Shown here piece by piece: positions 17,023 through 25,678 of a DNA stretch of 42,194 bases (its first letter is position 1; each line of letters begins with the position of its first letter). The DNA is from a virus. Lineage: Duplodnaviria; Caudoviricetes. Under the pieces are notes generated by a model. It did no database searches, had not been told where the DNA came from, and worked only from the letters and a program-made list of their open reading frames with translations. A program made the position numbers and the translations under genes. The stretch is from IMG/VR virus record IMGVR_UViG_3300020045_002219, positions 1 through 42,194 of that record. One strand, given 5' to 3'.

Positions 17023-19125
17023 CTAATGCGTTTCTTTCCAGTTCAGGCCAATCTTTGCTTCACCTTTTAATGGAACATTGAGTTTAAGCAGTTCTCCAGC
17101 TTTTTTAATTGAAAGTTCGATCATTTTACCGACCTCCTCGGCAATTTCTGCAGGGCATTCAAACTCATACTCATCATGGTAGAACCCAATGCGTTTCACC
17201 ACATAACCTTTGTAGTTGTAGTAGGGCAGGAATTTATTATCCCATTTAATCCCACCAAGCCACTTATCCATAAAACAACCCGCATAGTCCATTGCTATAG
17301 CTCCTGTTGATTGGAACAAACTGTTAAGCAATGCTGATTTTTTACGTGTTCTAACTTTCCTTCCATCAACACCTGTTACATAAGCTTTTCCATTCTTCTT
17401 CTCCCATTCTAAGGTTAATTTATCTCTAAGTGCAGATAATGACGGATTCCCTAACCAAAAAGCATCATATAACTTTTGTGCATCATCTTCTGGCTTACCT
17501 AATGTTTTTGCAAGTTTCGGGGGAGAGCATCCGTAAGCGAGTGCGTAGGCACCATTCTTGGAGCGGTCCCTATAAGGTTTAAATAGCGGGTCATCCTTGT
17601 CAAAATCCTCATTTTCTGGATTGAAATTTAATGTTTCTTGTGGATAGAATAGTTTAGCATTGTTTGAATGCACATCACCGTTCAATATTATATCTGCCCG
17701 TTTACCACCGTCAAAAGGTGTTGTAAAATGGCCTTCAACACGACCTTCAAGTGCAGAAGCATCCCCAGCTGCAATAACAAAACCATCTTCCGCTATAAAT
17801 AAACTTCTAAATTCCTTGCCTAACAGGACTTTATCAGATGCTTTAGGGACATTTACAATAACACTATGCTTCTGTCTGAATGTTGGTGTCGTCCCTGTCC
17901 GAGATGGAGGCAACCTACCATCCATCTCTAACCTAGGGTGCGACATCCATCCTTCCAAGACTGCAAGGCGGTTTCTTAATGATAGCCACTTGACCACACT
18001 CTTAACAATATCACCTTCCATCTTTTCTAAGTTAGGGCAAATTTTACCTGCTTCTTGGATTTTTGGTGTTGTTGGAATTAACTCACGTGTCTTAGGGTCA
18101 CGCTCAGGTTTACCATCTGGTCCACGCTTGTAATTCCAAAGAGTTGGATTCCAACCATTAGATAAGAACCAATCTTTCATGTCATCTTGATTACCCATGC
18201 GCATAGGAAGTTTGACATCTAACATGCTCCCACCAACGACATCATATGACCTTCCGTATGCTATCAATTTCCCATCTTCACATACAGCTGAATGTTTTAA
18301 CATCCATTTTTCCATTACTGTTGAAACCTCACCATTCTTTTTAAATGGTTTAGCTGGGATGGTGTATTCTTTCTCTTCAGCCTTTTTTAGTTTTCTTGGC
18401 GGAAGTTTAGGCTCAACATCAACTTCAATTTCTCTCATCATTCCATTTATTTGTATAGATAATTTCTTACCAAGTTCAATATCAAATTTCCAACCAGATA
18501 ATTCTTGGCATGTCATTAGATACCATTGCTTTTGAAAACATCTATAATGCTGTGGAAGATTGTCTGAGAAGTTATACAGTTCTGTAAACTTCTTCCATAA
18601 ATACCAAAAAACTTTGTAGTTAACATCAACGTCACGTTCACAGTAGACCCCCATCTCAGGGTGCCAGAAAGTAAATTGCTGCCCGTTAGGAGCATCTCTA
18701 CTTAGGGCTCCAAGATCAATCAACCTTTGTCTGTAATCAATCTTACTGAGTCCAAAACGTTCTCCATAAGCTCCGATAGAATGTCCGTTGAGGTCTGGGT
18801 CTACAAACATTGAAAGTGCAAGTGTGTCAATAAAAACGCATGGGTTACCAATAATTGTATCAGGCCCAACAGTAAACTCTATACCGAGGTGTTTCATCAT
18901 CATGAATTGGTCAAAGCCAAGACCATAATGTGCTACAACAAATGGATTTGAATAGCTTAGGTGCCAATCGGTGAACTTCTTCCGTGCGTCAGGATCACAA
19001 AAAGGTTTAATTTCTAACTTTTTATCAGGATTTTGGAGATCTTTTAACCAAATTACCCAAATTTTTGTGGCTTGTAAGTAGAATCCGTCAGACTCAATGT
19101 CATAAACATATCCTTCAATATTCAT
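17023..19125 (-). CDS. DNA polymerase, family A (T7 gp5-like) with 3'-5' exonuclease
   Basis: ExoI YDIESDG, ExoII H..LGFD, ExoIII YCERDV; motif A DASALEGR, motif B RDRSKNGAYALAYG, motif C YHDE. Confidence 0.96.
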   Translation of the reverse strand: MNIEGYVYDIESDGFYLQATKIWVIWLKDLQNPDKKLEIKPFCDPDARKKFTDWHLSYSNPFVVAHYGLGFDQFMMMKHLGIEFTVGPDTIIGNPCVFIDTLALSMFVDPDLNGHSIGAYGERFGLSKIDYRQRLIDLGALSRDAPNGQQFTFWHPEMGVYCERDVDVNYKVFWYLWKKFTELYNFSDNLPQHYRCFQKQWYLMTCQELSGWKFDIELGKKLSIQINGMMREIEVDVEPKLPPRKLKKAEEKEYTIPAKPFKKNGEVSTVMEKWMLKHSAVCEDGKLIAYGRSYDVVGGSMLDVKLPMRMGNQDDMKDWFLSNGWNPTLWNYKRGPDGKPERDPKTRELIPTTPKIQEAGKICPNLEKMEGDIVKSVVKWLSLRNRLAVLEGWMSHPRLEMDGRLPPSRTGTTPTFRQKHSVIVNVPKASDKVLLGKEFRSLFIAEDGFVIAAGDASALEGRVEGHFTTPFDGGKRADIILNGDVHSNNAKLFYPQETLNFNPENEDFDKDDPLFKPYRDRSKNGAYALAYGCSPPKLAKTLGKPEDDAQKLYDAFWLGNPSLSALRDKLTLEWEKKNGKAYVTGVDGRKVRTRKKSALLNSLFQSTGAIAMDYAGCFMDKWLGGIKWDNKFLPYYNYKGYVVKRIGFYHDEYEFECPAEIAEEVGKMIELSIKKAGELLKLNVPLKGEAKIGLNWKETH

Positions 19126-19185
19126 TTAAAATCCTCTTGTGCTAAACTTTAATAAACTTATCAGAAGAGGGATTTATCCCTCAAG

Positions 19186-20973
19186 TTATACTGGTGAATC
19201 CTCACTAAAATCTACTTGTTGTGGGGTAGCTAATGTCTGTGGTGTATTTGCAATTGGTTTACAGTCACCTTCAGAGATATAATTATTTTTCCAACCACCA
19301 ACTGTCCACTCCCAATCTTCTGCATTAACTAATCTGCCTGTTGTTTGATCCATCGAGAGAATATCCGTAGAACCTAACAAACCAAATGGACGATTTTTAA
19401 GAACAGAGATCTGAATTCGTCCACGTGAACGGTCAGGGAGTATCTCATAATCTAAACCAATAATCAACCATGCCAAAGCTTCTAATGAAGAAGTTCCTCG
19501 CATGTTCTCTTTCTTAACTCGTATCCATTTAGGTTTATCAAGAGTTGATATATTTTTAATTTCATCAGCTGCTGCACGATTAAGATGTGATATTGCAAGA
19601 ACGCCAACATCTGTAGATGCAACAAAGGCTGCAAGCTCAGTCATAACCTTATCTAAGTCTGCCGTCTGTTTTGATTGATCACCCTCACCACAAGCTAATG
19701 TTAAGTGGTCGAACATAATATAATCAACTTTATGGATGTAAACTAAGGTTTTGATCTTATTCATCAAATCATCAACGCGAATACTGCCGAAATGATCTAA
19801 GAATGTGAATCGGCTATCAGCACAAACCCAATCGTAAGCTTCTTTAATTTGTTCCTCTGAAGCATAGGCTAAAGGATTAAATTTAAACTTGTTATAGTTA
19901 ATTTTCAGGCGATGAGCAATCATCCGTTGGATAGTTTCTTTAGTCTCTTCCTCTAAGAAAATCATACCCATCTTGTATCCATGGTCAGCTAAATCATAAG
20001 CAATTTCAGAAGTTAATGTTGATTTACCTGAACCACTGGCAGAAGTAAGCACAACCAATTCACGCTTGCGGAAACCGTTGATCTTTTCCATAAGAAGAGG
20101 CAAACAGTTAACCATAGCCCCTTTCTCACGAACAGCTACGATTTCTTCAAATGAAATAGCTGAAGCATTGACAATCTTCTCTGCAATAAACTTGGTTTCA
20201 CAAAATGCAAATAACTTTTGAAGGTCAGTTTCTTTTCCTGCAAGAAGCATATCATTGGGGTCTTTCATTCCCTCTGGATATTGAGCAACATACAAATTAT
20301 CTGACATCAACGCTGCTGCTACTGCTTCTGTAGCTTCTTTGCCTTTAACGATCCCCTTGATGCGCTCATTTGGTGTGCAGGAATCATTATCAAAACCTAA
20401 GACTGTTTTACTGAAAGACTTTACAAATTGTTCATTATGAATAACTGAATCCACAGCGTTGGCAGTTCCACAACTTACAGAAACAACAAATGGTTCAATT
20501 CCAGCATAAGTTGTTCCTTTCATTGAATCTACAAAGGCTTGATAGTAAGCTAAATGATCAAACTCGCCTTCCACTATTGCAAGGGTATTATGCTTGCGCT
20601 TGATGCTTTCTGCATATGTCTGTCCAAACATCTTACACTCAACACCAACACGCCCGATGGCTGTAAAATGGCCCTTTTCGTGTTTATCTTTAGTTAGGTC
20701 CCGTTTCTTCCAACCAACCAATTCAGACTTATGGTTGTAATAGGGGAAATAAACTGCTGTCGGTGTTCGACCATCCTCTTGTGAAACTGTCATTCGAACA
20801 TTGAACTTCTCTGCTGTTTCTTTACGAATACCTCGAAAAGATAAATCAGCAAACGGATAACCTTCTACATCTTTTGTTCGTTCTTTCTCAAAACTTTCCA
20901 CATATTCTCCCTTCTTTTTATTAGAAAATTTATAGCTCTTTTCTTTATTGTAACCGTCAGGGTATTTGCTCAT
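19186..20973 (-). CDS. Primase-helicase (Toprim + DnaB/T7 gp4-like helicase)
   Basis: Toprim VEGEFD, FDND, KDPNDML; Walker A SGSGKST, Walker B IMFDHL, SHLNR, LKNR. Confidence 0.95.
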   Translation of the reverse strand: MSKYPDGYNKEKSYKFSNKKKGEYVESFEKERTKDVEGYPFADLSFRGIRKETAEKFNVRMTVSQEDGRTPTAVYFPYYNHKSELVGWKKRDLTKDKHEKGHFTAIGRVGVECKMFGQTYAESIKRKHNTLAIVEGEFDHLAYYQAFVDSMKGTTYAGIEPFVVSVSCGTANAVDSVIHNEQFVKSFSKTVLGFDNDSCTPNERIKGIVKGKEATEAVAAALMSDNLYVAQYPEGMKDPNDMLLAGKETDLQKLFAFCETKFIAEKIVNASAISFEEIVAVREKGAMVNCLPLLMEKINGFRKRELVVLTSASGSGKSTLTSEIAYDLADHGYKMGMIFLEEETKETIQRMIAHRLKINYNKFKFNPLAYASEEQIKEAYDWVCADSRFTFLDHFGSIRVDDLMNKIKTLVYIHKVDYIMFDHLTLACGEGDQSKQTADLDKVMTELAAFVASTDVGVLAISHLNRAAADEIKNISTLDKPKWIRVKKENMRGTSSLEALAWLIIGLDYEILPDRSRGRIQISVLKNRPFGLLGSTDILSMDQTTGRLVNAEDWEWTVGGWKNNYISEGDCKPIANTPQTLATPQQVDFSEDSPV

Positions 20974-20975
20974 AG

Positions 20976-21176
20976 CTATTCTTTCAAAGAATCAGGCTGA
21001 ATACCAAAACGATTATTCAATTCTTGTTGCATTTCAATCTCACGGTCACGAGCTTCAATATACTCTTTGTTCTTAGCATTCCTATAATCAACAGCTTTAT
21101 GATGAAGCTTGATCAATTTCTCAGTAGAAACTGTTTTCCAATCTTCAAAGTCTTCTGTCTGTAAAATCTTATTCAT
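20976..21176 (-). CDS. Hypothetical protein (start at ATG 21176)
   Basis: AGGAG RBS; promoter TTGATT-17-TAAGAT at 21240-21212. Confidence 0.6.
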   Translation of the reverse strand: MNKILQTEDFEDWKTVSTEKLIKLHHKAVDYRNAKNKEYIEARDREIEMQQELNNRFGIQPDSLKE

Positions 21177-21253
21177 TTTCTTTTCTCTCCTTATTATTAA
21201 TGCGGTTTTATATCTTACCACAAGATTCTTAAAGAATCAATAAAGTTTGTAGG

Positions 21254-22531
21254 TTAAATTAATTGATGTTTCTTATAAAAATCTAAAACTGCTTTGTTTT
21301 CAATAACATCAAATTTATTCAAAGGTCTCAGTAAACGAATCCCTTCGATTGTTCTAACACGACTCAAAGCAACATATGTCATTCCGGAAGCAAAGACTCG
21401 TTTTCCTAAATCAATATTAGCTTCATTTAGGTCTCGACCTTGCTGTTTATGGATCGTAGATGCATAACTTAGGCGGCATGGAAGTTGAGAATAACTACCA
21501 ACTTTCTTCTTATAAAGTTTCCCTTCTGAATTGATATCGTAAGAATAGTTTTCCCACGTTGTAGTATCAAGATCTACGACCTTACCATTTTCCAACAAAA
21601 CTTCAACACCAAATTTGTTAATTTTATGAACTGTTCCAACAGAACCATTCACATATAACTTGTCTGGATGATTTTTAAGAATAATAACTCGACATCCTTC
21701 ACGCAGCTCTAACATTTCTGGTGCAGGAGTTTCTTTCATCTGTCCTTCTCTTGTGGCTTTAAATTTATGTATCTTTGTATTCAGTTGTGCAAACTTTTGT
21801 TTATTAATTTCATCACAACGAGCATTTGTTGTTACCATAAAATTAGAATCTTCAAATGGTTTACCTAAACACTGGTCATTAAAGTATTCAAGGGATTCTT
21901 TAAGATTAAAATTATAACCATAAACACGGATATTATTCAAGTGTTTAATCATCTCTTGGTTATCTTGTCGTTTAACTTCTTTCAGATTATAAATCTTAAA
22001 GTTTCCGTCAATGAATGCCGAAGATTCAAAGAAATTTAAACCACCGAAACTATTCATAATAAATGGACGTTCTTGTGACTTGACCACAGGCTCTAATTGA
22101 GAAACATCACCAAATAAACAAACCTGTAATCCACCAAAAGGTTTATCTGTTCTGTAAAGTTTCTTTAGTGCAAAATCCATCCAATGCATTTGATAACTTG
22201 TTGTCATCCCAACCTCATCAAAGAAGATCCGTGTAACAGGAGATTTAGGCCCAAACAAAGTTTTGGTTGTCTTACTGGCTGTTGACCAGAAAGCATTGTA
22301 ATCTTCCTCCAGAGGAATTCCAAAAGGCATACTCAATGCTTTGTGTGAAGTCATCCCACCATTTAATAATGCAGCTAATCCTGTAGAACCTAAGCATACT
22401 GTATCTGATTCTAACAACAATTTCATAGAGTTTTCAATAGTTGTTTTACCACAACCTGCTGCACCTGTTAATAGAATATTCTCACCAGAGAACACACTAT
22501 CAATAACTTGGTCTTCAATTGATTGTTCCAC
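21254..22531 (-). CDS. Pif1/RecD-like SF1B helicase
   Basis: TGAAGCGKT, DEVGM, KPFGGLQVCLFGD..QL.PV, QLP..LSYASTIHKQQG, YVALSRV. Confidence 0.93.
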   Translation of the reverse strand: MEQSIEDQVIDSVFSGENILLTGAAGCGKTTIENSMKLLLESDTVCLGSTGLAALLNGGMTSHKALSMPFGIPLEEDYNAFWSTASKTTKTLFGPKSPVTRIFFDEVGMTTSYQMHWMDFALKKLYRTDKPFGGLQVCLFGDVSQLEPVVKSQERPFIMNSFGGLNFFESSAFIDGNFKIYNLKEVKRQDNQEMIKHLNNIRVYGYNFNLKESLEYFNDQCLGKPFEDSNFMVTTNARCDEINKQKFAQLNTKIHKFKATREGQMKETPAPEMLELREGCRVIILKNHPDKLYVNGSVGTVHKINKFGVEVLLENGKVVDLDTTTWENYSYDINSEGKLYKKKVGSYSQLPCRLSYASTIHKQQGRDLNEANIDLGKRVFASGMTYVALSRVRTIEGIRLLRPLNKFDVIENKAVLDFYKKHQLI

Positions 22532-22543
22532 TTTTATTCCTTC

Positions 22544-22798
22544 TTATTCAAAACGAATTGTAGCATTCTTAAAAAGAATCCCAGTGCAAACAGTACCTTG
22601 CACCTTTTGTCCATTAGGTGACGTAGCAACAAATCCTGTGGAGTTAAAATCATCTTCAGAACAAGAGAATGGTGAGTATCCTGTAATTTGAATATTTGTA
22701 TAACCATTAGAACTCAAAACACGTAAAGCGGTTTCTTGGTCTACACAACCACAAATAAATACAGACATAAAACATACAACTAAAATTAATTTATTCAT
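22544..22798 (-). CDS. Phage lipoprotein
   Basis: Signal peptide with lipobox-like ICGC; GY..I.ITGY..F.C...TGF.A...G.VC pattern. Confidence 0.7.
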   Translation of the reverse strand: MNKLILVVCFMSVFICGCVDQETALRVLSSNGYTNIQITGYSPFSCSEDDFNSTGFVATSPNGQKVQGTVCTGILFKNATIRFE

Positions 22799-22799
22799 A

Positions 22800-23177
22800 C
22801 TATTCTCCTTTAATTTGTTTTTCTAGTGCAAGTACACGTTTGGCAGTTTTTAAACTGCACCGACCTGCGGATTTCAGTGATCCTTTTGTACCACTCCACA
22901 AAGTTCCGTAACCATGATATTTATTAGCAACCCAGATTTGTTCATCGTGACCTTCAAATATTAAGCAATATTTATCAGATGTGGTATTTGATTGGTTCGA
23001 TTGTTCTATTAGTTTTGTGATGATGTTCTCAACATCTTTACTGTATTTATAGTTATGACCTAACAAGAACGATCCGGTTAATCCGAATACACCACTAATG
23101 CAACCGATTTTTAAACCAGCAAACAAAATAAAAGAAATCAAAACTGAAATTACAATAATAACTGTTGTATCAAACAT
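22800..23177 (-). CDS. Hypothetical membrane-anchored protein
   Basis: N-terminal hydrophobic segment; coupled in operon. Confidence 0.6.
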   Translation of the reverse strand: MFDTTVIIVISVLISFILFAGLKIGCISGVFGLTGSFLLGHNYKYSKDVENIITKLIEQSNQSNTTSDKYCLIFEGHDEQIWVANKYHGYGTLWSGTKGSLKSAGRCSLKTAKRVLALEKQIKGE

Positions 23178-23180
23178 AAT

Positions 23181-23687
23181 TTATTCCTTAATTTCCATAA
23201 ACTTGATGAGTTTCTTCTGACTAACATAACAATTCTGTTTATTAGACCATTTTAAATCAACTTGTTCCACCAGTCTCATTTGTTGTGCAAAGTTATAATC
23301 GCCTTTCAAGATCTTGATTTGTTTCTTTGTTAATTGGATTTGATGATATCCAAACTTAACCCAATGAACACAACCATTATGAAGGCGAACAGCATCCTGC
23401 ATAGAAATAATTTCACAATGACCTTCTAAAATCTCGTTACTGAAAACATACTTACCGCGTTCTGTAATATGTGTGCTGAATCCAAGAGCACTCATAAAAC
23501 CTTGAACACTTGAGACTTGCAACCATACAGAATCTTCAATCTTTTCCATCTCATAGAACAAATCTTTAAAGCACTTAAGTTTTGTATTATGTGCTTTAAT
23601 TCGGGCTTCTTTCATCTTTAGGTGCATCTTATTGCGAAGTTCTTCACTAATAGGCGCATTAATTTGTGATAATGGGTTAATAATCAT
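23181..23687 (-). CDS. Hypothetical protein
   Basis: 168-aa ORF packed in operon. Confidence 0.6.
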   Translation of the reverse strand: MIINPLSQINAPISEELRNKMHLKMKEARIKAHNTKLKCFKDLFYEMEKIEDSVWLQVSSVQGFMSALGFSTHITERGKYVFSNEILEGHCEIISMQDAVRLHNGCVHWVKFGYHQIQLTKKQIKILKGDYNFAQQMRLVEQVDLKWSNKQNCYVSQKKLIKFMEIKE

Positions 23688-23908
23688 TGTGAATCCTTCT
23701 CTGCAATGATATAAACAGCATTTAACTCTTTCATACTTTCATGAAATTCTGCTATGTTGTTGACACACCAACCATTTTTGAACAACAGATGATAGTCCCA
23801 ATCTGATACATATCGTAGGTCATCTACAATAACAGAGTCATCAATCTCATAAACGCACTTGAAAGACATTCCTTCTTTGAATTCTGGTAGCTTAGATGTA
23901 AGATTCAC
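23684..23908 (-). CDS. Hypothetical protein (GTG start 23908)
   Basis: AAGGAG RBS before GTG. Confidence 0.55.
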   Translation of the reverse strand: MNLTSKLPEFKEGMSFKCVYEIDDSVIVDDLRYVSDWDYHLLFKNGWCVNNIAEFHESMKELNAVYIIAEKDSQ

Positions 23909-23918
23909 TATGTTCTCC

Positions 23919-24089
23919 TTATTTAATCTTAACAACAGGTTTAACATTAATCTGAATAATATCACGTTTTACAAGGGAACTGATAGTCCTAATGTGAAAA
24001 TGAGAACGAACATCATCTAATGTTGATGTTCCTGATTTCAAGGTTTTGATTAACATCTTCTGTGCTTTAGTTAAGTTTTTAGTTTGCAT
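23919..24089 (-). CDS. Small basic protein, possible winged HTH (not in ORF track)
   Basis: GAGGAG RBS; MQTKNLTKAQKMLIKTLKSG...RTISSLVKRDII, 56 aa; first gene of the leftward operon. Confidence 0.65.
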   Translation of the reverse strand: MQTKNLTKAQKMLIKTLKSGTSTLDDVRSHFHIRTISSLVKRDIIQINVKPVVKIK

Positions 24090-24118
24090 AATGACTCCTC
24101 TTTGTAGTTGATGAGTGA

Positions 24119-24232
24119 AGTATCTATCTTTCTCTAAACCTTGTCAACATCTTTTAACAAATAATTTTCTATAAAGATAAAGAAATTTTAGTCACTAAGT
24201 TTGTTGACAATCACAGCCTATCTTTGTAGAAT
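24119..24232. promoter_or_regulatory. Divergent sigma70 promoter pair at the strand switch
   Basis: Minus: TTGACA(24147)-17-GATACT; plus: TTGACA(24204)-17-TAGAAT. Confidence 0.7.
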
Positions 24233-24259
24233 TTGTGTATCTTATATAAGGAGGTTTGA

Positions 24260-24457
24260 ATGTCAACCATTGACCACACTAGATTTCTATTTGCTCTATT
24301 AGGAACTCTTGGATTGCTTTCATCTGTTGTATTATCAGGTTCTTTATTGATTATAGAATCTGTGTTCAAGAAAGTTCCTACAACAAAAGCAAAAGATTAC
24401 TTGACAGGTCTGTTATTGTTCAGTATCCTTTGTTTCATGTTAGTTTTAAGTGTTTAG
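24260..24457 (+). CDS. Small two-TM membrane protein
   Basis: AGGAGG RBS; two hydrophobic helices; contains promoter TTGACA(24401)-17-TATCCT. Confidence 0.6.
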   Translation: MSTIDHTRFLFALLGTLGLLSSVVLSGSLLIIESVFKKVPTTKAKDYLTGLLLFSILCFMLVLSV

Positions 24458-24478
24458 TTAACCAAGGAGAATAAATAG

Positions 24479-25666
24479 ATGTTTGACCAAAAGATTGTAG
24501 TTTCAGAAATGTTAGATGTATTGTTATTAGCGTATAAACAACAGACAAGCACAATGTTCTTAGGTGCTTCTGGTGTAGGTAAATCGGCAACAATTGAAAC
24601 TTTTGCTAACACTATTGCTCCAAATCAACCAAATAACTTAATTGATATTCGTTTGTGTATGAAATCAATTGAACAGGTTGGTGGTGTTTTGATGCCTAGA
24701 GAACTACCAAATGGCTCCTTTGTTCTTCAAACAGCCTTACCAGAAGAATATGAATGTCTATTTGATCCTAATTACAAAGGAGTCTTGTTGTTTGATGAGT
24801 TTCCATCTGCAATGCCGTCTATTCAGAACGTTGCTTATCAGGTTACTTGGGATCGTGTTCTTGGTGGACGCAAGCTGTCAGATGGTGTTGCAGTTGTTCT
24901 AGCAGGGAATCTTCATACTAATGGTGGTAAAACTTATAACATTCTTAAACCAATTCTGAATCGTGTTAAGGCTTATGAGATTGATTCTAACAGCGAAGTT
25001 GCTTTAGAAGATTGGTTGAATACTTTTGCTTATCACTCAAACATTCATCCAGCTTTCATTGGCTTTTTAGAACAGAATCATTCTTTACTGAATACAAATG
25101 ATGTTGACAATAAACCAAATCAACCTTTTATGTCAGGTCGAAGCATTGAAGCTGCATCTAAAGACTTGTATGCAATTGAGCAGGGAGAGATTTCTGAACG
25201 TCTTGGTTGGATTTCAATCAATGGTTTGTTGAATGAATCCCATGCTGCTGATTTTAAGAAATATTATCGAATTGGTTTTGATTTACCTAAGTCAATAGAT
25301 ATTCTTAATGGGAAAGGTTCTGTTTTGAAAGAATCACACCAGAATAGTTCAATTTACAATTATATTATTAGTAACGTGTTGTCTGTTTGGAATAGTCGAT
25401 TTGCTAACAGTGAATACACAACAGAAGAATTATCTGTTCAGTTAGATACAGCTTTTGATTATTTCAAAGATTTCTTTGTTTCACAAACAGGTTCAGTTGA
25501 AGATTTAGTTATCAGTGCTGGACTCAAAACAGTTAAGTTTGTGGAATCACAACAGGATAAAGTTGGACGTAAAGGCGCTAAGTTAACCTTCATCAATAAA
25601 TGTCGTGCATTTAAAGACGTAACTCGTTATTATATGCAAATCCAAGCACAGAAGAATCAACATTAA
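24479..25666 (+). CDS. MoxR-like AAA+ ATPase
   Basis: Walker A GASGVGKS, IDIRL, Walker B LLFDE, LAGN, LNR. Confidence 0.88.
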   Translation: MFDQKIVVSEMLDVLLLAYKQQTSTMFLGASGVGKSATIETFANTIAPNQPNNLIDIRLCMKSIEQVGGVLMPRELPNGSFVLQTALPEEYECLFDPNYKGVLLFDEFPSAMPSIQNVAYQVTWDRVLGGRKLSDGVAVVLAGNLHTNGGKTYNILKPILNRVKAYEIDSNSEVALEDWLNTFAYHSNIHPAFIGFLEQNHSLLNTNDVDNKPNQPFMSGRSIEAASKDLYAIEQGEISERLGWISINGLLNESHAADFKKYYRIGFDLPKSIDILNGKGSVLKESHQNSSIYNYIISNVLSVWNSRFANSEYTTEELSVQLDTAFDYFKDFFVSQTGSVEDLVISAGLKTVKFVESQQDKVGRKGAKLTFINKCRAFKDVTRYYMQIQAQKNQH

Positions 25667-25678
25667 GAGGTTATCTAA

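Noticed and set aside
17660-18535. Antisense ORFs inside the polymerase (and similar shadows such as 1602-1796, 2168-2512, 6134-6382, 8876-9154, 22341-22691, 29503-30138)
   Set aside because: Fully overlap well-supported genes on the other strand, no RBS, typical antisense composition
17023-22531. Inteins or group I introns in polymerase or helicases
   Set aside because: ORFs are continuous, of ordinary length, with no intein end motifs or LAGLIDADG blocks seen
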